NCBI GenBank assembly: GCA_013696275.1 | Contig: JACCYW010000377.1 | Coordinates: 1-27,010, forward strand | DNA length: 27,010 bases | Source of the DNA: Chloroflexota bacterium | Lineage (GTDB): Bacteria; Chloroflexota; Limnocylindria; Limnocylindrales; CSP1-4 | Direction of reading: 5' to 3' | Part shown: positions 1 to 11,800 of the stretch, piece after piece | Layout: every line of letters begins with the position of its first letter | Position numbering within the stretch: the stretch's first letter is position 1 | Position numbers and translations under genes: made by a program | The notes under the pieces: model-generated | The model's database searches: none | Seen by the model: only the letters and a program-made list of their open reading frames with translations | Told to the model about the DNA's origin: nothing

Positions 1-2118
1 GGTCGAACTGAGGCGGCCAGTGGAGGCGACCGCCTGCTGGAACGTGGTGTGCAGGCGTCCGGTCATCGGGTCGAGCAACGCCGGTAGAGTGTCGACGTAG
101 GTGCTCCGCAGCTTGGTGAAGAGGCGCCAGTCGAGGAGCATCGGGATCATCGGGTGCGCTGGCCGGAGGTCCTCCAGGACACCCGCGTCAGTGGAGAAGC
201 CGGTCTTCGTCCGGCGCCCGCGGGGCAGGTCGAGCTCATAGAAGAGGACCTGTTCGAGCTGCTTGGGACTGCCCAGCGTGAAGCGGTGCCCAACCGATCG
301 GAAGATGTCCTCCTCGAGGCGCCCGATGGCCTCGCTGAACTCGACCGAGAGCCCGGCCAGGGCCACCGTGTCGATGGCCACACCGGTCGCCTCCATGTCG
401 GCCAGGACCGGTATGAGCGGAAGCTCCAACTCATCGAGCACCCCCTGGAGGCCAGGTTGATCGGCCAGCGCGAGGACCATCGACTCGTGTGCTGCCGCCG
501 CGGCAAGGGCCTGGATGCCAGCGTGCTCGCGCCCCCGAAGCTCGCCCGCCTTGGGTAGCTCCTGGCCCAGTCGCTCGGCGCTGATATCGGCCAGGCTCTG
601 GCTGCGCAGCGCGGCGTTCAGGATGTAGGCCGCGATCTGGGTATCGAACGCAGCGCGTGGCGGCGCCCGTCCCGATGGCCATGTCGCGCTCCGCTCGGCG
701 CGCGGATCCTGGCGGCACAGCTCCCAGACCAGGAATTGCTTCACGTCGTGCCCGACCAGTGGCCGACCGGAGCGCAGGATGGCCGCCGCCAGCAGCGCGG
801 CTGACTCGTCGTCCGCGGCGAGCGTCCGTCCGTCAGCCGTGCAGACCGCCAAGCCCAGGAGCGTGCCACGACGTGGATGCGGATCGTCCAGGGCTAGTCC
901 TATCGTCAGCTCCGCCTGGGCACTCAGCCAGGCATCGACATCCTGCGCCGGATCGAAACGTTCGATCGCCTCCGCATCGCGCAGCGCCGCCGCCAACCGC
1001 TGGCGCGGATCCTCCCCGGCGACCGCCACAGCGATGGCCCCTCGGCCGCCGGCGGTCATCCCCCTGTCGACGCCGATGCCCGAGACGGCACCGAAGTCCA
1101 TGCTCAGCTGCAGTCCGGTGCCATCCCCCACCAACGAGCCACCGGCCTGCCCAGCGGCGGCCGGCGAACGGCCCGGGACGAGCGCCGCCGGGATCGGGCC
1201 GCCCCGATCGGCTTCCCGAAGCAGGTCGCCGGGAGCGCGTACGTCCTCGCCGTCGATGCCCGGCAACCGCTCGACCAGGGTCCTGAACTCGTACTCCCGG
1301 AAGAGCCTCAGGACCTCCGCCCGGTCGTAGTCGCCCAGTCGCGCGGTGGTCAGGTCCAGCTCGATGGGTACGTCGCGCGCGATGGTCACCAGCTCGCGTG
1401 AAAGGAAGACCTGGTCGCGCAACTCCGCCAGCTTGTCCCTGAAGCGTTCCGGCTTTATCCCATCGAGCGCCCCATAGAGACCCTCCAACGTGCCGTGCTC
1501 GATGAGCCAGCGGGCGGCCGTCTTGTCGCCGACACCCGGCACGCCCGGGATATTGTCGGTCGCGTCGCCCTTAAGTGCCTTGAAGTCGATCATCTGGTCG
1601 GCAGCCAGGCCGTAGCGCTCGCGGATGCGGGCCGGATCGTAGACGACGGTCGATGCGACGCCCATACGGGTGGTCATCAGGTTCGTCCGCTCGGTCACCA
1701 ACTGGAGCATGTCCAGGTCGCCCGACACGATCATCGAGCCGAGCTGACGGGCCTCCGCCTGGCGGGTGAGGGCGCCGATGAGATCATCGGCTTCGAAGCC
1801 CTCCAGTTGGTACATCGGGATGCGGAAGGCGGCCAGGAGTTCACGGATGAGCGGGAACTGGTCGCGCAGGTCATCAGGCGTCGGACGGCGAGTTGCCTTG
1901 TAGTCCACGAATCGGTCGGAGCGGAAGGACCGGCCGACATCGAAACAGCAGATGACATAGTCGGGTCGCACGTCCTGGAAGCCCCGCAACACGATGCTCC
2001 AGAAGCCAAAGACGGCATTGACCAGTTGGCCGCGGCTCGTCGTCAGGGGCGTTTCGAGCAGCGCGAAGTAGGCGCGGTATATCAGGCTGTGCGCGTCCAG
2101 CAACATGAGCTGTTCCAC
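1..2118 (-). CDS. polA: DNA polymerase I (partial; 3' end runs off the left edge)
   Basis: Manual translation from GTG at 2118 is open to position 1: MEQLMLLDAHSLIYRAY, EADDLIG, SGDLDMLQ, KALKGDATDNIPGVPGVGDKTA (5' nuclease) and KLRSTYVD...GRLHTTFQQAVASTGRLSST (polymerase domain). Confidence 0.98.
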   Translation of the reverse strand, partial: MEQLMLLDAHSLIYRAYFALLETPLTTSRGQLVNAVFGFWSIVLRGFQDVRPDYVICCFDVGRSFRSDRFVDYKATRRPTPDDLRDQFPLIRELLAAFRIPMYQLEGFEADDLIGALTRQAEARQLGSMIVSGDLDMLQLVTERTNLMTTRMGVASTVVYDPARIRERYGLAADQMIDFKALKGDATDNIPGVPGVGDKTAARWLIEHGTLEGLYGALDGIKPERFRDKLAELRDQVFLSRELVTIARDVPIELDLTTARLGDYDRAEVLRLFREYEFRTLVERLPGIDGEDVRAPGDLLREADRGGPIPAALVPGRSPAAAGQAGGSLVGDGTGLQLSMDFGAVSGIGVDRGMTAGGRGAIAVAVAGEDPRQRLAAALRDAEAIERFDPAQDVDAWLSAQAELTIGLALDDPHPRRGTLLGLAVCTADGRTLAADDESAALLAAAILRSGRPLVGHDVKQFLVWELCRQDPRAERSATWPSGRAPPRAAFDTQIAAYILNAALRSQSLADISAERLGQELPKAGELRGREHAGIQALAAAAAHESMVLALADQPGLQGVLDELELPLIPVLADMEATGVAIDTVALAGLSVEFSEAIGRLEEDIFRSVGHRFTLGSPKQLEQVLFYELDLPRGRRTKTGFSTDAGVLEDLRPAHPMIPMLLDWRLFTKLRSTYVDTLPALLDPMTGRLHTTFQQAVASTGRLSST

Positions 2119-2126
2119 TGGCCGCG

Positions 2127-2132
2127 AGTGTA
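2127..2132 (-). promoter_or_regulatory. Putative -10 element (TACACT) for polA, leaderless-type spacing
   Basis: TAnnnT hexamer 8 nt upstream of the GTG start; no Shine-Dalgarno in between. Confidence 0.55.
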
Positions 2133-2145
2133 GTCGCGGCCCGGA

Positions 2146-3045
2146 TCAGCGGCCTTCCAGCCTCCGAGCGATGGGCCGCAGCAGGAGCAGAAGCACGCCC
2201 ACGCCGGCCAGTACGAGTCCGACGATCGCGACACCCGTATCCCCGCCGGGCCAAGCCGACGCGTCGTCGATGGTCGTCACGGGCGCGGGCGTCGGCCGTT
2301 GGCTGGGCAGTGCTGCCGTGTCGTTCGGTGGCAGCGTGGCTGTCGGGTCGACTGCCTCGGTCGCCCTGGGCGACGGCGTCGGGGACGGGCCCGACCCTTC
2401 CGATATCGGATCCTCGGACTCCGCTGACCGGTCCGGCTCAGCCTGGCTGTCAGAGGCGAAGGGAGCGACGTCCGGGCCGATCGTCGCGACCGGCGAGGCA
2501 TCGTCGCCCACCTCGACCGCTCCTCCCTGCGACGTCCGCGGGGGTGGCGCGCTCTCTGGCGTGTCGGACGTCGCGCCGGCGGCTGTGACCGGACCCTCGT
2601 GCGTGGCGGCGGTCCCGGCAGAGCCGCCCGGACCGGCCGGGCCGGTCGACGGCCAGCCACTGCCGATGACGACGAGAACGAGGCCGATGGCTATGGCAGC
2701 ACCGGCCAGCGGCTGCATGATCTGCCGGCGGGGAGGATCCAGCCCCGGCAGCAGCCTGGCCCCCCGGAGCAGCCTGGTCAGGGCTGAGCCGCGCGCGGCT
2801 GCCGCCTGGGCGGCGGTGATGCGGAAGTCCCTGGTCCGCCTGGCTGCTGGCATGTGCGCCACCGCCGTGCTAACGGAGCGGAGGTCACCGACCAGGCTGG
2901 CGCATCCGGGACAGCTTTGGATGAGTCGCTCAGCCTGGCTCATCTCGACCGCGTCCAGTCCGTCATCGAGCGACCGCGCGATGAGCAGGCGGTCGTGGTG
3001 ATCGTGGTCGGTGCCGTCGGGCAACGCCGGCTGGTGGCGGTCCAT
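2146..3045 (-). CDS. Membrane-anchored anti-sigma factor (ZAS-like N-terminus, two TM helices, Pro/Ser/Thr-rich loop)
   Basis: Directly downstream of the ECF sigma gene; N-terminal HDHH...SCPGC, hydrophobic LAGAAIAIGLVLVVIG and VAIVGLVLAGVGVLLLLL segments. Confidence 0.8.
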   Translation of the reverse strand: MDRHQPALPDGTDHDHHDRLLIARSLDDGLDAVEMSQAERLIQSCPGCASLVGDLRSVSTAVAHMPAARRTRDFRITAAQAAAARGSALTRLLRGARLLPGLDPPRRQIMQPLAGAAIAIGLVLVVIGSGWPSTGPAGPGGSAGTAATHEGPVTAAGATSDTPESAPPPRTSQGGAVEVGDDASPVATIGPDVAPFASDSQAEPDRSAESEDPISEGSGPSPTPSPRATEAVDPTATLPPNDTAALPSQRPTPAPVTTIDDASAWPGGDTGVAIVGLVLAGVGVLLLLLRPIARRLEGR

Positions 3046-3062
3046 GGGTCGGTCAGACGCCT

Positions 3063-3665
3063 CTAGTCGCGCAGCAGTTCCATGTCGGGCAGGAGCAGAT
3101 CACGTAACGCGAGGCGCCCGCGATGGATGCGCGACTTGACGGTGCCGAGCGAGACCCCGGTCATATCGGCGATCTCCTGGTAGTCATAGCCCTCCACGTC
3201 GAAGAGCACGATGGCCTTGCGCTGGTCGACGGTTATGTGTTCCATCGCCGCCGCGATGACCGTGTGGCGGGAACGAAGCAGAGTGGTCCGTTCCGGGCCC
3301 TCCGACTCATCGGCCGGTGGTTGCCACGCATCATCCTCCCACTCGGGATAGGGGTCGGCCGGACGACGCTTGCGGACACGCAGGATGTCCGTCGCCGCGT
3401 TGAGGGCGATCCGTGTCAGCCAGCTCCGAAACGAGCCACCGCGGAACCTGGCCAGGTTGCGGTAGCAGTTCAAGAATGCCTCCTGGACAGCGTCGGCGGC
3501 CGCCTCGCGGTCGCGCACGACCCGCACGGTCAGTGCGAACAGGTAGTCCTGATAGAGCTCGACGAGCCTGTTGAACGCGTCCAGATCGCCCGACAGCACC
3601 TGCTCGACGAGGGCGCGATCGCGGGCGTGAAGCTCATCGGCGGCCCGCCGGGCACGGTCATCCAC
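3063..3665 (-). CDS. ECF-family (sigma-70 group 4) RNA polymerase sigma factor
   Basis: Region 2 (DAVQEAFL...FRSWLTRIALN) and region 4 (YQEIADMTGVSLGTVKSRIHRGR). Start moved to the in-frame GTG at 3665 (GGAGG at 3679-3683) because the ORF-track start at 3767 lies inside the tRNA; exact start uncertain. Confidence 0.93.
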   Translation of the reverse strand: MDDRARRAADELHARDRALVEQVLSGDLDAFNRLVELYQDYLFALTVRVVRDREAAADAVQEAFLNCYRNLARFRGGSFRSWLTRIALNAATDILRVRKRRPADPYPEWEDDAWQPPADESEGPERTTLLRSRHTVIAAAMEHITVDQRKAIVLFDVEGYDYQEIADMTGVSLGTVKSRIHRGRLALRDLLLPDMELLRD

Positions 3666-3737
3666 GCGTGACGATCGACCTCCAGCCTCGGTGGGCTCGA
3701 CGCCGCCCAGGTCCTTCTGGTCGGACGGCACCGATCT

Positions 3738-3823
3738 TGGTACGGCGGGTGGGATTCGAACCCACATGCCCTTGCGAGCAGCAGAGTTTGAGTCTGCCCT
3801 GTAAACCGTTCCAGCACCGCCGC
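3738..3823 (-). tRNA. tRNA-Leu(CAA), CCA end encoded
   Basis: Manual cloverleaf: acceptor GCGGCGG/CCGCCGT, D-stem CTG/CAG with G13-A22, anticodon arm GCAGA-CTCAAAC-TCTGC, long variable arm TGCTC-GCAA-GGGCA, T arm GTGGG-TTCGAAT-CCCAC, discriminator A, then CCA. Confidence 0.96.
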
Positions 3824-3832
3824 GTACCCCGC

Positions 3833-3838
3833 ACTATA
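3833..3838 (-). promoter_or_regulatory. Putative -10 element (TATAGT) of the tRNA-Leu promoter
   Basis: Near-consensus hexamer 9 nt upstream of the mature tRNA 5' end. Confidence 0.65.
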
Positions 3839-3884
3839 CCGGGGGGCCATGCCGCCGCAGCCTCGTCGCGACCGCAGCTGGACC

Positions 3885-7103
<3,219 letters not shown>

Positions 7104-7110
7104 GACGATG

Positions 7111-7116
7111 AGTGTA
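7111..7116 (-). promoter_or_regulatory. Putative -10 element (TACACT) for the cyclase gene, leaderless-type spacing
   Basis: Hexamer 7 nt upstream of ATG 7103; identical to the polA -10. Confidence 0.6.
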
Positions 7117-7246
7117 TAGAGAGCCGGTGGCTGGGCCATGGCCGGCGCTGGCTTGGGCCTCCGCTCGTCACACGGTGTATGGTGGCAAGGCGCCGAACCG
7201 GCCAGCGGATCCCAGACGTTCCCGGGGCGGCGACCAGGAGGCTCCC

Positions 7247-8329
7247 ATGTCTATCCTCACCCGTCGGCGCTACATCAGCGCTCTCATCGGTCCAGCGCTC
7301 TGTGCGACGGTCTTCGGCTCGACCATCGCCGCCGCCGGCGGCCCGGCCCGCCTGTGGGTCGACGACGATGGGATGGCCGGCCCGCGCTCCTGCGACTCGG
7401 CCAGGCAGGCGTTCACCAGCATCCAGGAGGCGGTCGATGCGGCATCTGCCGGGGACATCATCCGTGTCTGCCCAGGCGACTACACCGAGGAGGTGGTCAT
7501 CGGTGAGGGCCTGGATGGACTGCGCATCCGTTCGACCGAACCTGGCGCTGCCGTCCTGCGACCGCCCCTGAGCGGCGGATCGCCGAGTATCAGCGCCATC
7601 GCCGGCGGGGCAGCGACCTCACTCCTGAGGGTGGAGGGTCCTGACGGCATCCGCATCCGCGGCTTCTCGATGCGCGCGCCCACGAGCGGCTACTGCCAAC
7701 GGGTCGGCGCGATGGTCGACGTCACCGGCGGGAGCCAGGACGTGGTGATACGCGATACCCACATACGGGCTGGCGGGTCTGACACCATCGGCGACTGCGG
7801 TTACGACTCCGGCATCATCGTCTCGAACGGCTCAGCCGCTCTCCTGCGCGACAACGGTGTCAAGGACTTCCAGGGCGCCGGGATCGCCGTCTTGAGTACT
7901 GGCACAGAGGCGACCCTGACGGGCAACACGGTCTCCTATCACCACGCCAAGGAGGCGCCGCTGGGGACAGCGTTGGGCGCCGGCATCCAGATCATCTCGG
8001 CCGATGCCGTGCTGGAGGGCAACACGGTCGATGGCCTCACCAGCGCGGCCATCACGACGCCCCTGCTGGGCACGGGCATCTACGCCTTCGGGATCTCGGA
8101 TGGCCTGCGCATCCGAGGAAGCCTGGTGGCCGACGCGTCGATCGGCCTGTCCCTGGTGTCGGTGACTGGCGCGCTCATCGAGGACAACGACTTGCGCAAC
8201 AACCGGGAACTCGACTGCTCCGATGACTCGACCGGATCCGGGACAGCCGACACCGCCAACACCTGGATCGGCAACCTTGGCCACCCTTACCAGTCCAGTC
8301 CAGCGGGTATCTGCTCCCAGGCCCCGTGA
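7247..8329 (+). CDS. Secreted right-handed parallel beta-helix (pectin-lyase-like/NosD-like) protein
   Basis: AGGAG RBS before ATG 7247; signal peptide MSILTRRRYISALIGPALCATVFGSTIAAA; TSIQEAVDAASAGDIIRVCPGDYTE N-terminal motif; repeated I/L-x-x-N-x-V rungs. Confidence 0.82.
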   Translation: MSILTRRRYISALIGPALCATVFGSTIAAAGGPARLWVDDDGMAGPRSCDSARQAFTSIQEAVDAASAGDIIRVCPGDYTEEVVIGEGLDGLRIRSTEPGAAVLRPPLSGGSPSISAIAGGAATSLLRVEGPDGIRIRGFSMRAPTSGYCQRVGAMVDVTGGSQDVVIRDTHIRAGGSDTIGDCGYDSGIIVSNGSAALLRDNGVKDFQGAGIAVLSTGTEATLTGNTVSYHHAKEAPLGTALGAGIQIISADAVLEGNTVDGLTSAAITTPLLGTGIYAFGISDGLRIRGSLVADASIGLSLVSVTGALIEDNDLRNNRELDCSDDSTGSGTADTANTWIGNLGHPYQSSPAGICSQAP

Positions 8330-8645
8330 CGATCCGAGTCTGGGATCAGTGCCGCTCAGCGAGGTTCGGCACGCCCTCCTAGCCCGGAGCCGATGTCGGC
8401 CAGATACTCCACCCGCCGCCCGGCCTCACAGCGCGGCACGTGGCCGTCCGGGTGGCCGCCAGACCAAGGGAGCTCACCCGGGCGGTGCAGCGGGAGCGCA
8501 TCTCGTGTCGGATGGGCGCCACGGGCCTACGGTCGTCGCCAGGAGTGCTCATCTGGTGCCGGAAGAGCCCTGACGTGGGCGCTCGGCACGAGACGAAGTG
8601 GCTAGCTCCTCGCCATGGCTGTGTCTATGCCCCTTTGACAGTGAC

Positions 8646-8672
8646 CAGCGGGCGACCCCGCAGCGGGCGACC
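8646..8672. repeat. 12-bp direct repeat (cagcgggcgacc x2, period 15)
   Basis: Copies at 8646-8657 and 8661-8672. Confidence 0.7.
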
Positions 8673-8696
8673 AGGTCTCCACCGCGCAACAGTCCC

Positions 8697-8832
8697 TCCT
8701 CACCGGTCGGCTGCTCGTTGGGCGGACGATCTGACCGTCGGGGGGCGTATCGCGGCTCATGGCTCTCGGCGGCTGGCCACCCGAGGATCCTCACCGGTCG
8801 GGCTGCTCGTTGGGCGGACGATCTGACCGTCG
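8697..8832. repeat. 44/45-bp direct repeat pair with internal hairpin, 47-bp spacer (REP-like)
   Basis: 8697-8740 and 8788-8832 are identical except for one extra G (tcctcaccggtcgg(g)ctgctcgttgggcggacgatctgaccgtcg). Confidence 0.9.
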
Positions 8833-11800
8833 CTAACCCTCGTCCGCCTCGACGCTAAAGTCGACGAGGCCACGGCCGAGCGCGCGCCCGACGGCAGCCA
8901 CGAGCTCAGCGTCATAGGCGACCCGACTCCGCAGCCTCATCTCCTGCTCATTTCCAGCGCCTGACGGGATGTGGAGGACCACCGGGGTCTCGCCGGGCCG
9001 GCTGCGGATCAGTTCCCGCAACCCTTCCAGCACGCCTATCAGCATCTCTTGGGGCGCGTAGCGGAAGTGGACGTGGAGCGACTGGCCCGCGGCCGCCTCG
9101 ACTGGCTGCGTCGGGGCCGCTTCTTCCGCGACGAGCTCCGCCCGAGCTTCGTCGGGCCATGGTGTCTGGTCGTGGTCGTCGGGCGCGAGCGCTGCCACTG
9201 ACTGTGGCGCCTCAGGTTCGATGCGCGGCTCGACCGGCATCGCAGCAGGCGTCCCGACGGCCCCGCCGAGGGAGCCTGGTCGGGGCCCGATGCTGACCTC
9301 GATGGTGCCTTCCAGGTTCACGCCTCGAAGGGGCGAGACGCGGGGCACGGTGCGGACCATGGCCGCGTCCGACACCATCGCCACGGCGACCGGCTCCGGT
9401 CGTCCCATGGCGTTGCCGGGCATCGTGGCGGAGCCGTTGCGACGCCTTCGATCACCTGCCGAGAGCGCAGCGGCGAAGCCGTCAGGGCCCAGGGCGGTGG
9501 CCTGTTCCCAAGTCCAGACGGAGTCGGCTAACAGGACCGTCTCGTCGCCCTTGTGGTCGACGCGTCCGGCTACCAGGACGATGCCATCCTCGACCCAGGC
9601 CGATCCTGTCTCCTCGAACACCTTGGGGAACACGACCACCTCGACCGACCCCTGGAGATCCTCCAGCGTGGCCACGGCCATGGTGTTGCGGGCTTTGGTG
9701 AGAACGCGCCGGATACCGGTCACTACACCGCCGACCACTATGCGCTGCTGATCCAGCTCCTCCCCCAAGTCACCGCTGTAGGTGTTGACATAGCCAGTCA
9801 TGACATGGGCCAGATCACCCATCGGGTGGCCCGAGAGATACAGTCCGAGAAGCTCCTTCTCCATGCGCATCCGTTCGCGCGCTGGCGCTTCAGAGCGCTT
9901 CGGAAGCGGCTCGTCCGGCGCTGCAGCGAACAGCACGTCGAAAGCGGCGATCTGCCCGCTGAGACGCTGGTGCTGCGCCGCCTGGGCCGCCGGAAGGATG
10001 GCCGGCAAAGCCTCGATGATCTGCACCGGATGACCGAAGCGGCCCAGCGCGCCCACCCACGCGAGGGCCTCGATGACCCGGGAGTTGACGAGCCGCAGGT
10101 CGATCCGGTCGCAGAAGTCGCGCAGCGAGCGGAACGGGCCGCCCTCGGTCCGCGCCCGGATGATCGATTCGATGGCTCCCTGGCCGACATTCTTGACCGC
10201 CAGCAGGCCGAAGCGGATGGCGTCCTCCTCGACCGTGAAGTGCAGCCCGCTGACATCCACGTCGGGCGGGCGGACCACTATGGCCAGGCGGCGGCACTCG
10301 GCGATGGCGATGCCGACCCGTTCGGTGTTGTCCCGGAAGGCGGTCAGCACGCTCGCCATATATTCGACCGGATAGTTAGCCTTGAGATAGGCAGTCTGGT
10401 AGGCGATGAGCCCATAACAGGTGGCATGGGCCTTGTTGAAGCCGTACCGCTCGAACGGTTCGAAGGCCCGGAATACGGCGTCGATGATGTGTGGACTGAC
10501 ACCGCGTTCGGCAGCTTGCCTGACGAAGCGGTCCTTCTGGGCGCGTAGCACGCTCGACTTCTTCTTGCGTATCGCAAAGCCGAGCGTGTCCGCCTCCGGG
10601 CCCGTGAAGCCGCCAAGGGCGATGGCGGCGGACATGATGTCCTCCTGGTAGACGAAGATCCCGTAGGTCTTCTTCAGGTAGGGCTCGAGCAGCGGGTGGA
10701 GATAGCTGACCGGTTCGGTGCCGTGCTTCCGTCGGATGTAGGCCGGGATGTTCTCCATGGGGCCGGGCCGGAATAGCGCGACCATGGCGGCAAGATCGTG
10801 GACCGAGGTCGGCCGCAGCTCCTTGACGTAGCGCCGCATGCCCGGCGACTCCAGCTGGAAGATACCGGTCGTCTCACCGGACGAGAGCAGTTCGAAGGTC
10901 CTGGCGTCGTCCAACGGGATGCGCTCCAGGTCGATCGGGTCGCCCTCACGAGTGGCCGCGATGAGGTCCACCGCCTGGCGCAGGATGGTCAGGTTGGAGA
11001 GGCCCAGGAAGTCGAACTTGAGCAGGCCCAGGGCCTCCACGCCGTGCATCTCGTACTGGGTCATGACTGAATCGGAGTTGGTGGCGCGCTGCAGCGGCAT
11101 CAGCTCCGTCAGCGGCTCGCGGCTGATGACGACCCCGGCGGCGTGGGTGGATGCGTTGCGGGCGACACCCTCCACCTGCTTGGCCAGCTCGATGACCTTG
11201 CCCACGCGCGGGTCAGCAGCCACCATCTCGCGCAGCGCCGGGGTCACCTGGAGCGCCTCATCCAGCTTGATGCCGAGTTGGTTGGGGATCTGCTTGGCGA
11301 TGCGATCGACCTCGCCATAGCCCAGGCCAAGCACGCGGCCCACGTCCCGGATGGCGGCTCGGGCGAGCATGGTCCCGAAGGTGATGATCTGGGCGACGTG
11401 GTCGGAGCCGTACTTGGCCGTGACGTAGCGGATGACCTCATCGCGTCGGGCATCCTCGAAGTCGACATCGATATCCGGCATCGTCACCCGGTCCGGATTG
11501 AGGAAGCGCTCGAAGGGCAGCTCGTAGGCGATGGGGTCGATGGGCGTGATGCCCAATGTGTAGGTGACGATGCTGCCCGGCGCCGAGCCGCGGCAGGTGG
11601 TGGCGATCTTCCGCTCGCGGGCGAAGCGGGTGAAATCGGCCACGATCAGGAAGTAGCCGGCGTAGCCCATGCTGGTGATGACGCCGAGTTCGTAGTCCAG
11701 TCGCGCCTGTACCGCCGCACTGGTCGCGCCGTACCGCTCGATGAGTCCGCGCTGGCACTCCTCCTTGAGCCAGCTCTCCGCCGTGTGGCCGGCCGGGACC

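Noticed and set aside
3668-3767. ORF-track N-terminal extension of the ECF sigma factor
   Set aside because: Overlaps the tRNA gene; a downstream GTG with an RBS is more plausible.
8720-8830. Guanidine-II (mini-ykkC) riboswitch from paired GGACGA motifs
   Set aside because: Stems closing the ACGA loops are poor and no plus-strand gene lies downstream.
8697-8832. CRISPR array interpretation
   Set aside because: Only two repeat units, no cas genes or AT-rich leader in the window; kept as a REP-like repeat.
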